A DNA stretch of 64,000 bases. Source: an uncultured Pseudomonadota bacterium. GTDB taxonomy: Bacteria > Myxococcota_A > Polyangia > Fen-1088. The notes beneath the pieces were generated by a model. The model was not told the DNA's origin and did no database searches. It saw nothing but the letters and a program-made list of their open reading frames with translations. The position numbers and the translations under genes are program-made. Positions 33,558 to 43,183 of the stretch are shown here, piece by piece. The stretch lies in NCBI GenBank assembly GCA_963847705.1, contig CAWKBC010000030.1:192001-256000 (forward strand), written 5' to 3'. The stretch's first letter is position 1. The number at the start of each line of letters is the position of its first letter.

Positions 33558-35201
33558 ATGCCCCTTTCTCTCCGTCGTGGCTGCTGTCTGGTCGTTGGAT
33601 TTACCAGCGCGCTCGCGCTGTCGGGCTGCGGCTCGGGAGGCACCGGGGCCGGGACCGGCACCGGTGGAAACCCGGGCAGCGGCGGCGCGGCCGGGCGCGG
33701 CGGCACGGTGGGGACCGGCGGCACAGGCACGGGCGGCGGCGCGGGTGGCAGCACTGGTGGGTCGGCCGGCACGGGCGGCGGGCCCGGCACGGGCGGCGGC
33801 GCCGGAGGCTCGGGCGGTCAGGCGAGCGGCGGACCCACAGGCGGCGCGGGCGGAACGGGCACCGCCGGCGCGGGCGGCGGCGCCGCCGGCGGTCGCGGCG
33901 GCGGGTCGGGTGCCGCGGGCACGGCCGGAGCCTCCGGGACAAACGGGAGCGGCGGCGGCGGCGGGGCCACCTCGATCTGCGGCGGCGGGACCGCGGCGGG
34001 CACCGACGTCACCGTCCAGCTCGGTTCGTTCGCTCAAACGATGGACGGCTTCGGCGTCTCCAACACCTACCAGAGCACCGCGATCTCGGACGCGACGGCG
34101 GACCAGTTCTTCGATCAAACCAAGGGGATCGGCCTGTCGATCTTCCGTCTGGGCATCAAGTCCGACGGCACCAGCTGGGGACCCATCGGCGACGCCAAGA
34201 AGGCCGCCGATCGCGGCGCCATCGTCTGGGCGGCGCCCTGGACGCCCCCCTCCAACTGCAAGTCCAACAACAGCCCCGACAACGGCGGCACCCTCAACAC
34301 CAGCTGCTACGACTCCTGGTCGAGCACGCTGGCGGCCTTTCCAGCGCTGGCCAAGCAGAGCGGCGTGACCGTCATGGGGATCTCGGCGCAAAACGAGCCC
34401 GACAACTCGACGCGGTACGAATCGACCCTCTACAGCGGGGCGCAGATGGTGGCGTTCGTGAAGGTGCTCGGACCGAAGCTCAAGGCGCTGAACCCGCCGG
34501 TCAAGCTGCTGGCGCCCGAGTCGACGCGCTGGGAGCGCCTCTGGGGGGCCGATGAAGACTACGGCGACGCGATCCTCGCCGACCCGCAGGCCTCCGCCCA
34601 GGTCGACATCTTCGCGACGCACATGTACGAGACGCAGGACGCGGTGGCGCCCCCCGCGGGCTTCACGAAGCCGCTCTGGGTGACCGAGATGTCCGGAGTG
34701 CAGGGCTATCCGGAGGCCGGTCCCAGCTCGGACATCGCCGACGGTCTGGTCTGGGCCGACTGGATCTACCAGGCGTTCGTCGTCGGCAGCGCCAGCGCCT
34801 GGCACGCCTGGTGGATGACCTCGCTGAACAACGACAACGAGGGGCTCCTGCTCATGGGCGGCGGCACGACGAAGCGCCTCTACACCGTCGGGAACTACAG
34901 CAAGTTCATTCGGCCCGGCTACCGCCGCGTGACCCTCTCCGGCACGCCCCCGACCGGCGTGGAGCTGACGGCCTACCTGAACCCGACCGACGGAACGGTG
35001 GTCATCGTGGCCCTCAACAGCGGCGCGTCGGCGGTCTCGCTCCCGCTTTATCTCTCGGGGCGGGCGCCCTGCACGATGACGCCCTGGGTGACCTCGGCCA
35101 GCGACAACCTCGCCGCCAAGACGGCCGTCAGCGTCAGCGGCTCGCGCCTGGCGCCGATGCTCGCCGCGATGAGCGTGACGACGTTCGTCGGAAAACCGTA
35201 G
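33558..35201 (+). CDS. GH30 lipoprotein with long Gly/Thr linker
   Basis: Lipobox LSGC; DGFG, PWTPP, QNEPD, WVTE, YSKFIRPG and GH30 C-terminal beta domain. Confidence 0.88.
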   Translation: MPLSLRRGCCLVVGFTSALALSGCGSGGTGAGTGTGGNPGSGGAAGRGGTVGTGGTGTGGGAGGSTGGSAGTGGGPGTGGGAGGSGGQASGGPTGGAGGTGTAGAGGGAAGGRGGGSGAAGTAGASGTNGSGGGGGATSICGGGTAAGTDVTVQLGSFAQTMDGFGVSNTYQSTAISDATADQFFDQTKGIGLSIFRLGIKSDGTSWGPIGDAKKAADRGAIVWAAPWTPPSNCKSNNSPDNGGTLNTSCYDSWSSTLAAFPALAKQSGVTVMGISAQNEPDNSTRYESTLYSGAQMVAFVKVLGPKLKALNPPVKLLAPESTRWERLWGADEDYGDAILADPQASAQVDIFATHMYETQDAVAPPAGFTKPLWVTEMSGVQGYPEAGPSSDIADGLVWADWIYQAFVVGSASAWHAWWMTSLNNDNEGLLLMGGGTTKRLYTVGNYSKFIRPGYRRVTLSGTPPTGVELTAYLNPTDGTVVIVALNSGASAVSLPLYLSGRAPCTMTPWVTSASDNLAAKTAVSVSGSRLAPMLAAMSVTTFVGKP

Positions 35202-35212
35202 TCACCCACGCG

Positions 35213-35608
35213 TCATCCCAGGAGCGCTGGTGGGCGCGGCGGGATCGCCTCGGCCAGCGCCCGGTCGATCGTCGAGGTGAGCTTCTCCAGCGGGAACGGC
35301 TTGGTCAGGTAGTAGGGGGTGCCGAGCGCCTTGGCGATCTGGCAGAGGTCGGGCGCGCCGCTGGCGACGATGATGGGGACGTTCTCGCGCCCCAGATTCT
35401 CCACGAACATCCGGTAGACCATGGCGCAGCCGTCGAGGACCGGCATCTCCACGTCGGTCAGGACCAGCTGTGGGATGCGATCGTCGAGCGCCTGCAGACC
35501 CTCGACGCCGTTGCGGGCGGTGCGAACCTCGTGCCCTTCGATCTCGAGCAGGTCCGCCATCGTGTCGCGCATGTCGTCGTCGTCGTCGATGAGGATGATG
35601 CTTGCCAT
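35213..35608 (-). CDS. Single-domain response regulator (CheY-like)
   Basis: IDDD, TDVEMPVLDG, SG, KPF. Confidence 0.92.
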   Translation of the reverse strand: MASIILIDDDDDMRDTMADLLEIEGHEVRTARNGVEGLQALDDRIPQLVLTDVEMPVLDGCAMVYRMFVENLGRENVPIIVASGAPDLCQIAKALGTPYYLTKPFPLEKLTSTIDRALAEAIPPRPPALLG

Positions 35609-35614
35609 GGCGAC

Positions 35615-37039
35615 CTACGGGGACGACCACTGCTCGCCGGAGGCGGAATGCACCGTCGCCGAGTGCGGCTCCGAATCGGCCTCGGCCTGGGTCAGCCCGC
35701 GGGGCAGCGTCGCCTGAAAGGTCGCACCCTGACCGTCGGAGGAGGTGACCTCGATTGAGCCGCCGTGGGCTTCGAGTATCCGCTTGGAGACGTAGAGGCC
35801 GAGCCCGATCCCCTCGACCTCTTCGTGCTCGCTCGGGCCGCGGACAAACGGGCGGAAGATCTGGTTCTGGAGCGCCGAGGAGATGCCCTGCCCCTCGTCG
35901 CTGACGGCGATGGACAGCCAGTCGTCCTCACCGATGACGGTGACGCGCACCAGGCTCCCGTGCGGCGAGTACTTGACGGCGTTGCCGACCAGATTGTTGA
36001 GCACCTGCTCGAGTCGCGTCGCGTCGGCCCGAAGGGTGGTCGACCCGGCGCAGGAGAGCTCGAGGCGATGGTAGGGGGACATCGATTGAAACAGCGCCAC
36101 CGCCTCCTCCGCCAGCTGCCGGAGATCGCAGACCGTCTTGCGAAGGACGATCTGGCCGGCGTCGATCTGAACCGCGTTGAGCACGTCGCCGACCAGCGAG
36201 TTGAGGCGGCGGAGCTGGCGGCCGATCATCTCGAAGATCTCGCGGATCCGCCCCTCGGCCGGCAGCGGGCGCTTGGGCGTCACGTACCCGACCGCCAGCT
36301 GCACGGCGGCCAGCGGGTTGCGCAGGTCGTGGACCACGGTCGCGACGTAGCGGAGCTGGTCCTCGCGGGTCCGCGCCAGCGCGTCGGCCATGGTGTTCTG
36401 CGCGATGGCGATGCGGCGGATCTCCTCGGCCCCCACCACCTCGGCCCGGGCGGTGGTGTCACCGGCGGCGAATCGATCGACGCTTCTCGACAGCAGCTTG
36501 ACGGGACGGAACACGAACTGATTGATGGTCCAGAGGAAAAACAGCACGCCCGCCGCGAGCAGCACCGCGATCGCGACGCCCAGGATGTTCGCCGTCATGT
36601 CGATCGTGCCGGCGCGACGGCTCTCGGCGTCGGCCTTGGCCGCGAACAGCTCGTCCAGACGGACGAGCGCGCTCACCAGCTCCGGGTGGAGGCTCACGTC
36701 TCCCTTCGCCCCCGAGCGCCAGTGCCTTTCCAGCTGCGGGGCGAGGTTGTCGAGCGCCTGTCGCTCGTCCGATGAGCGGGTCATCGCGGTCGCGCGGGCC
36801 AGGAGCACCCGCCCCTGCGCCTCCGAAAGGGCGCGGCCGAGGGGCGAGCTCTCGAGCTCATAGCGGATCGACTGGTGGGCCAGGTTCGAGGCGAGCCGGG
36901 AGACCTGGTGCGCGCGGTCGAGCTCGTTCACCGTTCGCCGCAAGAGCGTCGTGGAGAGCACCAGGGCGACGCAAGCGGTGAGCGTGATCAGGCCAAGCCC
37001 GACCGCGGTCCAGGTCAGAGTCCGGCGAAGCTGCATCAT
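35615..37039 (-). CDS. Sensor histidine kinase (2 TM, HAMP)
   Basis: HDLRNPL, NAVKY, DEGQG, GIGLGL. Confidence 0.93.
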   Translation of the reverse strand: MMQLRRTLTWTAVGLGLITLTACVALVLSTTLLRRTVNELDRAHQVSRLASNLAHQSIRYELESSPLGRALSEAQGRVLLARATAMTRSSDERQALDNLAPQLERHWRSGAKGDVSLHPELVSALVRLDELFAAKADAESRRAGTIDMTANILGVAIAVLLAAGVLFFLWTINQFVFRPVKLLSRSVDRFAAGDTTARAEVVGAEEIRRIAIAQNTMADALARTREDQLRYVATVVHDLRNPLAAVQLAVGYVTPKRPLPAEGRIREIFEMIGRQLRRLNSLVGDVLNAVQIDAGQIVLRKTVCDLRQLAEEAVALFQSMSPYHRLELSCAGSTTLRADATRLEQVLNNLVGNAVKYSPHGSLVRVTVIGEDDWLSIAVSDEGQGISSALQNQIFRPFVRGPSEHEEVEGIGLGLYVSKRILEAHGGSIEVTSSDGQGATFQATLPRGLTQAEADSEPHSATVHSASGEQWSSP

Positions 37040-37100
37040 TCCTAGATGGCGACCGGAACCCGCTGCGGCAAGCGCGAATCGCCCAGGCCCAGGCCCAGGC

Positions 37101-39521
37101 TCAGGCCGGTCCGGGGGCGGGCGCGTCCAAGCCGCCGGTTTCCAGGTGATCGCGGTGAGGCGTCATCGGCAACGTGAAGTGAAAGCTGGTCGATTCGCCC
37201 GGCACGCTCTCCGCCCAGATGCGGCCGCCGTGCGCCTCGACCAGGCCGCGGGCGATGTAGAGGCCGAGGCCGATCCCCGGCGTGCGGTGGGCGCGCGCTC
37301 CGCGCGTTCGACCGAAGCGGCTGAACAGCTGGGGCATCTCCTCGGGCGGGATGCCGGCCCCCTGGTTGGTGACCACCACCTCCAGGCGCTCGCCCCGGTC
37401 GAGCCATTCGATCTGGATCTCGGCGTCCGGCCGCCCGTATTTGACGGCGTTCGAGAGCAGGTTGTCGAGCACCTGGTGAACCCGGTCGGGATCGACCGAG
37501 ACGCGCAGGTCCGGGTCACCCTCCAGGCGAATCGCGTTGGTTCCGCGCTGGCTCTCGACGACCGCATCGATGATCGCGCCGAAGTCGACGTCGCGCGGTC
37601 GAACCGACAACCGCTTGGCCTCGATGCGTGAGAAGTCGAGCAGATCCTCGATCATCCGGGCCAGCCGCTTCGAGGCGGAACCGATCCGTTCGATGGCCCG
37701 CCGTTCCTGGCTGGAGAGCCCGTCGCTGCGCGGTCCCAGCAATGACTCGGCGGTCAGGCTGATCGCTCCGACGGGCTGGCGCAGATCGTGCGCGATGACG
37801 GAGGCCCACTCTTCGCGCAGGCGGTCGAGCTCCTTGAGCGCGGTGATGTCCCGAACGACCGCCACCGCGCCCGTGATCCGCCCGGCGCCGTCCCGGACCG
37901 GCGCGGCGCTGGCCAGGATGGGAACCAATCGCCCATCCTTGAACCGGACCTGGAGCTCCTGGTCGGTGGTGATCTCGCCGTCGGTGAGCGCCAGGACCAC
38001 GGGAAATTCGTCGGATGAAAGCAGTCCTCCGTCGGGCTTGCGGACCTCGAACATGGCGGCCAGCCCGTCGGCATCGACGGCGTTGGCGTTGGTGGGCGAC
38101 AGCGAGAGCACAGCCCGATTCATCGCTTCGATCCCGCCGTGCTCGTTCAGCAGGATGACGCCTTCGGGCATCTGGTCGATGATGCTCATCAGCCAGGCGC
38201 GCCGGGCCGCCTCGTCGGTGTAGCGGCGGTGATCGGCTTCGAGCGCACGCTCCAGCTCCGTCTGGTTGTGCCGGCGCTCGGTGATATCCCTGACGAAGGC
38301 GAGCCAGCGGCCGTCGGGGAGAATCTTCATGCTCAGCTCGACGGCGATCCGGACCCCGTCCCCGCGCTGGATCGTCCACTCGGAGACCTGGGTTTGGCCG
38401 GCCCGCAGAGCCTGCCGCGCCCGGGAGAGCCGCTCGAGCTCCTCGGGCGCGACGAAGCTCTGGACCAGTCGCCCCACAATCCGCTCGCGTGGGAGGCACA
38501 GCAGGCGACAGGCCGCTCCATTGACGTCGGTGTAGCGGCCGTCGACGTCGGCGATCATGATCCCCTCGGCGGCCTGCTCGAACATCTCGCGGGCGTGCGC
38601 CTCGCTGGCGCGCAGTCTCTCCTCGGCGCGCCCGCGCTCCCGGTCGTCCAGGTCGAGGCGGGCGCAGGTGAGGAAAATGACGGCCACCCCTTCGACCAGG
38701 GCAAAAAATGCCAGGAGCGCAGAGACGCCTCCCTCGTCATAGAAGCCGATGCGCTCGCCGAGGACGATCAAGAAGGCCACCGGCAAGAACGCGAGCAGGC
38801 CAAGCAGCAGGCGCCGCGCGGTGATCCCGCCTGCGTGCCTCGAGGTGAGCAGCGCCATCGGGCCGACGTCGGGGCGCGCGGCCAGAATTCCCGCGCTCAG
38901 GATCAGGATGCCGGTCGCGGTCAAGATCGCCAGGCCGTTCGACGGTTGACGGGGGGCCCGGTAGAGCTCGGGGATGTCGAACGCGAAGCCCAGGAGGCTG
39001 ACCGTGGGGATCGATCCGGCGACCAGCGCCAGGACCTGAGCCTGGCTGGCGTGGCCATTGGCTCTCCGTTCGAGGACCAGCAGCGCGACGGCGGCCAGCA
39101 GCGCCGAGGTGGCGACCTGGGGGGAGGCGCGCCCACCGAACCGACCGGCCGGCAGCGGACCGCCCTGGACCGAGACGTACGCGAGCATCGTCGCTCCGGC
39201 CAGGACCAGGGCCGACATCGCGCAGAGCCGCGCCGCCCAGATCGCCCAGCGGGGAGGGGCCAGGGGTGCGGAGAGAACGAGCGAGGCGCCGCAGAGCACC
39301 AGGAGCCACCCCGGAAGGGGCGTCGATACCTCGACGTCCCGCCAACAGGCGCCGAGGGTCGCGAGGCCGATGAGCACCACCAGCGCGCCCGCAACCGGGG
39401 CCGCGTCGCGGACGGCGGCGCGGACCTCGGTCGCGTCGGGGCGTGAGCGCGGAGGGCGCATCGGTCGTGGAATAAGGCCCGGAGTCCGCTTCCGCCAGAG
39501 CAGTGCGTCGACGGAGAGCAT
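37101..39521 (-). CDS. Multi-TM, two-PAS sensor histidine kinase
   Basis: About 7 N-terminal TMs; two PAS domains ending RDIT; HDLRQP, NAVKY, GIGLGL; start uncertain. Confidence 0.9.
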   Translation of the reverse strand: MLSVDALLWRKRTPGLIPRPMRPPRSRPDATEVRAAVRDAAPVAGALVVLIGLATLGACWRDVEVSTPLPGWLLVLCGASLVLSAPLAPPRWAIWAARLCAMSALVLAGATMLAYVSVQGGPLPAGRFGGRASPQVATSALLAAVALLVLERRANGHASQAQVLALVAGSIPTVSLLGFAFDIPELYRAPRQPSNGLAILTATGILILSAGILAARPDVGPMALLTSRHAGGITARRLLLGLLAFLPVAFLIVLGERIGFYDEGGVSALLAFFALVEGVAVIFLTCARLDLDDRERGRAEERLRASEAHAREMFEQAAEGIMIADVDGRYTDVNGAACRLLCLPRERIVGRLVQSFVAPEELERLSRARQALRAGQTQVSEWTIQRGDGVRIAVELSMKILPDGRWLAFVRDITERRHNQTELERALEADHRRYTDEAARRAWLMSIIDQMPEGVILLNEHGGIEAMNRAVLSLSPTNANAVDADGLAAMFEVRKPDGGLLSSDEFPVVLALTDGEITTDQELQVRFKDGRLVPILASAAPVRDGAGRITGAVAVVRDITALKELDRLREEWASVIAHDLRQPVGAISLTAESLLGPRSDGLSSQERRAIERIGSASKRLARMIEDLLDFSRIEAKRLSVRPRDVDFGAIIDAVVESQRGTNAIRLEGDPDLRVSVDPDRVHQVLDNLLSNAVKYGRPDAEIQIEWLDRGERLEVVVTNQGAGIPPEEMPQLFSRFGRTRGARAHRTPGIGLGLYIARGLVEAHGGRIWAESVPGESTSFHFTLPMTPHRDHLETGGLDAPAPGPA

Positions 39522-39551
39522 TTTGCGGTCAACGGCCTGCCCGATCCCCCG

Positions 39552-40745
39552 TCAGGACCCGTAGATCGACTTGCGATGCAGCGGCCGCGACACGGCGGTC
39601 GCCGTGGCGGTGGCGATGAAGAGCGGCAGCACGATCGCGTAGTCGCCGGAGAGCTCGAAGCCGAGGACGCTGGCCATGATCGGCGCGCGCGTCGTCGCGG
39701 CGATCGCGCCGGCCATCCCGCACAGGACGTAGCCGCCGGGAAATCCGGACCGGTGCCAGACCACGCCCGCGGCCGCGCCGACGATGCCCCCCATCGCGGC
39801 TCCCAGAAACAGCGACGGGGTGAAGACGCCGCCCGGGCTGCCCGACGAGACGGTGGCGGTCGTTCCCAGGGCCTTCACCAGCAGCAGGAGCGCCATCAGC
39901 GCCAGGCCGACGCGCGCGTCGAGCATGAGCTGGATCGTCTCGTAGCCGTTGCCCGTCACCTCCGGGAAGCGAAGCGCGCAAAGACCGACCAGCAGACCGC
40001 CGAGCGCGCCGCGTGCGGCGGGGGGCGCGGTGAGCCGGGCGAACCAGCGGCGTCCGACGTCGAGCAGCGCCATGAACCCGGCGCCCCCGATCCCCGTGAC
40101 GATCCCGAGGACGGCGTACCCCACGAGCTCGCTGCGGGCCTCGAGGGTGAACGTTCGCAGCCCGTAGAGGGGCCCCGCGCCCAGCGCCCAGCGGGTGAGG
40201 AGCGTGGCGATCGTCGTCGACGTCAGCGCCGGCAGCGTGAGCCCGAGCGCCGGCGTCTCGGCGACGATCTCGACCACGAACAGCACGGCGGCGATCGGTG
40301 TGTTGTAGGCGGCGGCGAACCCGGCCGCGGTGCCGGCGGCGATGAGGGTCCGGGTGCGGCGCGGATCGAGGCGCGCGCGCCGGCCCACCGCCGAGGCGAT
40401 CGCCGCCCCGAAATGCACCAGAGGGCCTTCGCGGCCCAGCGAGCCTCCGGTCGAGATGGCGGCGAACGAAGCGCCGGCCTTCACCACCGCTCCAGGCACC
40501 GAGATCCGGCGCCCGGCCACGGCGACCGCTTCCATGATCTCGGTCATGCTGCGCCCGCCGCCGCCCCAGGCCGCCACGGTCGCCGCCACCGCGCCGCCCG
40601 CCGCGGGGAGCAACAGGCGCAGCGCCGGCGGCAGCGCCCCGAACGCCCGCAGGACATCGGGCGCGCGGTAGAGATGCACGAAGACCGCCGTCTGGGCGGC
40701 GCGAAAACTGATGGCGAACCCGCTCGCCAGCACGCCGACGATCAC
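39552..40745 (-). CDS. CLC chloride channel/antiporter without CBS domains
   Basis: GSLGREGP, AAAYNTPI, GGVFTPSL, terminal SIY; no in-frame ATG, first GTG at 40745. Confidence 0.85.
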   Translation of the reverse strand: MIVGVLASGFAISFRAAQTAVFVHLYRAPDVLRAFGALPPALRLLLPAAGGAVAATVAAWGGGGRSMTEIMEAVAVAGRRISVPGAVVKAGASFAAISTGGSLGREGPLVHFGAAIASAVGRRARLDPRRTRTLIAAGTAAGFAAAYNTPIAAVLFVVEIVAETPALGLTLPALTSTTIATLLTRWALGAGPLYGLRTFTLEARSELVGYAVLGIVTGIGGAGFMALLDVGRRWFARLTAPPAARGALGGLLVGLCALRFPEVTGNGYETIQLMLDARVGLALMALLLLVKALGTTATVSSGSPGGVFTPSLFLGAAMGGIVGAAAGVVWHRSGFPGGYVLCGMAGAIAATTRAPIMASVLGFELSGDYAIVLPLFIATATATAVSRPLHRKSIYGS

Positions 40746-40891
40746 CGCCGCCGCCCCGACGTGGAGCGGAACCCGCAGGGAACGGAGAACGGCTCGGAGC
40801 TGCGCGCGCGTGTCCGGAATCTGCGCTCCCTGGGCGCACCGGTCAATCCATGGGCGCGGTTTTTGCGCTTCGCGGGGCTGCTTTCGCCCTG

Positions 40892-41779
40892 TCAGCGGGC
40901 GGCGACGCTCTTGCTGCCCCAGCTGGCCAGCGCTTTGCGGATATCCGCCTCGGGGAACAGCGGATCGCCCGCCTTCAGTCCCAGCTCCAGCGCATGCTCG
41001 GCGCTGGTGCCGGCGTCCTTGTAGTTGGCCTTCGCCGCCAGCAGCAGCGCCTTGATCCAGACGTTGTACCAGTCGTCCTTCAACGCCAGCGACTGGTCGA
41101 CGTAGCGCAGGCCGAGATCGTAGTTCTTCTTGGTCTCCAGCATGTAGCGGGCGGCGTTGGCGTAGGCGCGCCAGGTGTTGTCGAGCGAGCTGATGTTGGT
41201 CAACACCTCCTCGGTGGTGTTGACGCGGATGGGGACGGAGACCTTCAGGTTGTCCCAGGCGATCTCCAGCGTCGCGCCGTCGTCGCTGAAGTCGGGGATG
41301 GCGAACGCCAGCCGCTCCCGGTGCGGTGCCGGCTTGGGGTGAACCTCGACGCGCGCGACGTCGAGCTCGCTGCGGTAGTCGTGCCCGCTGCCCAGCTGGT
41401 CGGCGTTCTTGTTGAGGATCAGCGTCCAGCTGGCCTTGCCCGGGATGGCAAACAGGGCGTAGCTGCCAGCAGGGACCTTGGCGTCGCCGAAGCTGACGTC
41501 GCGGCTGAAACGAATCTTCGTGGCCTGGTAGGCGCCCAGCGACCAGAGCTTGTCGAAGGGGACGAGCGCGCCCCAGATTCTGCGCCCGGCGACCGCCGGG
41601 CTGCCGTATTCGACGGCAATCTCGGTCAGGCCGACCTGCTGGGAGAGCTTGCCGACCGGGCTCTCGCGCGGCAGCTCGAGATTTGCGACGGCGAGCCCGC
41701 TGGCGGCCCGCACCTCTGCGGGAGCCAGAGCAAGCGCGACGATCGCCGCTGACAGGGCGAGGGCGGGTGCGGTGCGCAT
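40892..41779 (-). CDS. DUF2911 domain exported protein with TPR-like tail
   Basis: LPRESP, QQVGLTEI.VEY.SP, IWGALVPF, GSYALFAIP. Confidence 0.85.
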   Translation of the reverse strand: MRTAPALALSAAIVALALAPAEVRAASGLAVANLELPRESPVGKLSQQVGLTEIAVEYGSPAVAGRRIWGALVPFDKLWSLGAYQATKIRFSRDVSFGDAKVPAGSYALFAIPGKASWTLILNKNADQLGSGHDYRSELDVARVEVHPKPAPHRERLAFAIPDFSDDGATLEIAWDNLKVSVPIRVNTTEEVLTNISSLDNTWRAYANAARYMLETKKNYDLGLRYVDQSLALKDDWYNVWIKALLLAAKANYKDAGTSAEHALELGLKAGDPLFPEADIRKALASWGSKSVAAR

Positions 41780-41865
41780 GACGGGCGAGCCTACGGCCCA
41801 CCCGGGTGAGCGACACGTTTCAGTTGCGTGACGAACTGATGACAGCGGCAAAACCCGCTGCGAAT

Positions 41866-43116
41866 TCAGCGAACGCAGCGGACCAGCGCGGCGGTCTGGT
41901 TGTACTCCGTGAAGCCGTCTTCATAGTTGATGACCCATGGATCGTGGGCCGTCGCGCTCATCCCGCCGTACAGCGAGGACGACCAGTAGGGGGTCGTCGC
42001 CGCGGTTCCGGCGAACGTCGCGGTGTCGATTGCCGGCGAGACCTTGCTGATCGGCGGGACCTCGTCGACCAGCGTGGAGAGCTCCTTGATGCTGGGCGTC
42101 CGCCAGGTGTGGCCGTTGAGGCCGAGGCCGCTGCAGGTGGTCTGCGCGGTCGCGAAGTCGGTCGTCGTCGTGGTGGCGGTCGTCGCCCAGATGAGCTTGG
42201 TGTCGACGTCCTGCACCTCGCCGGTGGCGACCGAGACGTAGCGGGGGCTCGGCAAGGCCCCTTCGTCTGGTGCGGAGACGCAGCGCGCGTACTCGGCGGC
42301 GGTGCGGTCGCCCGCGTTGCTGGTCAGCCCCTCGGAGAAGTTCACGATCCAGGTGTCCTGAGGCTTGGTGGCGATCTGCGACACGACCCAGGGGGACGAG
42401 GTCCAGTGGTACTTGCCGCCGGGGACGCCGGGGAACGCCGTCGTGTCGATCGCCGGCCCGGTGCGCGTGAAGTCGACCAGCGACAGGAGCTCGATGCGCG
42501 TCGGGAGGCGCCAGGTCCGTCCGGCCAGCGTCAAGGTCGCACAGTGGGTGATCGCGTCGCACCAGGCGTACGCCTGCGACGAGGTGACCGCCTTTTGCCA
42601 GACCAGCTTGGTGACGTTGTCGGTGACGGTGCCGTCGCCGTTGTCGGTGTAGCTGGCTGGGTTGGGGAGCCCCGAGCTCGCCGGGTTGGGCATCGGCCAG
42701 CGCGCATAGATGTACGCACTCGGCGGCTGGTAGCTGCAGGTGGCGCCCCCATCCGTGGTGGTGCCGCCGCCGGTGCCGGTGGCGCCGCCCGTTCCCGTCG
42801 TCCCTCCCGAGGCTTTCGCGCCGGCCGCTCCCGCGGCGCCACCGGTCCCGATCGCGCCGCCTGCACCGGTCGCCCCACCGGTGGACGTTCCACCGCCTGT
42901 GCCAGTCGCCCCGCCGGTGGACGTTCCGCCGCCTGTGCCTGTCGCCCCACCGGTGGACGTTCCGCCGCCTGTGCCTGTCGCCCCGCCGGTGCCCGACGCC
43001 GACGATCCGCCCGTGGCGCCGCTCCCGCCGGCGCCGGGACCACCACCTGAGCCGCCACAGGCGCCGAGCACGACCAGGGACGCGAGCGCGACGAAACGAA
43101 CGTGGGGCGTTGCCAT
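41866..43116 (-). CDS. Lipoprotein with two DUF1566 (Lcl C-terminal) domains
   Basis: Lipobox LGAC; DNGDGTVTDNVTKLVWQ, WRLPTRIEL, WRTPSIKEL, RCV endings. Confidence 0.88.
   Translation of the reverse strand: MATPHVRFVALASLVVLGACGGSGGGPGAGGSGATGGSSASGTGGATGTGGGTSTGGATGTGGGTSTGGATGTGGGTSTGGATGAGGAIGTGGAAGAAGAKASGGTTGTGGATGTGGGTTTDGGATCSYQPPSAYIYARWPMPNPASSGLPNPASYTDNGDGTVTDNVTKLVWQKAVTSSQAYAWCDAITHCATLTLAGRTWRLPTRIELLSLVDFTRTGPAIDTTAFPGVPGGKYHWTSSPWVVSQIATKPQDTWIVNFSEGLTSNAGDRTAAEYARCVSAPDEGALPSPRYVSVATGEVQDVDTKLIWATTATTTTTDFATAQTTCSGLGLNGHTWRTPSIKELSTLVDEVPPISKVSPAIDTATFAGTAATTPYWSSSLYGGMSATAHDPWVINYEDGFTEYNQTAALVRCVR
42869..42991. repeat. 36-bp tandem repeat (about 3.4 copies) encoding TGGATGTGGGTS
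   Basis: GTCGCCCC.CCGGTG at 42869, 42905, 42941 and 42977. Confidence 0.9.
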
Positions 43117-43183
43117 CGGGCCTCCAGGCAGGGCACGGCCCAGCGCCGCGCGTGGGGCGAGTATATATCTGGAGCACCGAATA

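Noticed and set aside
42869-42991. 36-bp periodic repeats as a possible CRISPR array
   Set aside because: No unique spacers; in-frame linker coding; no cas genes.
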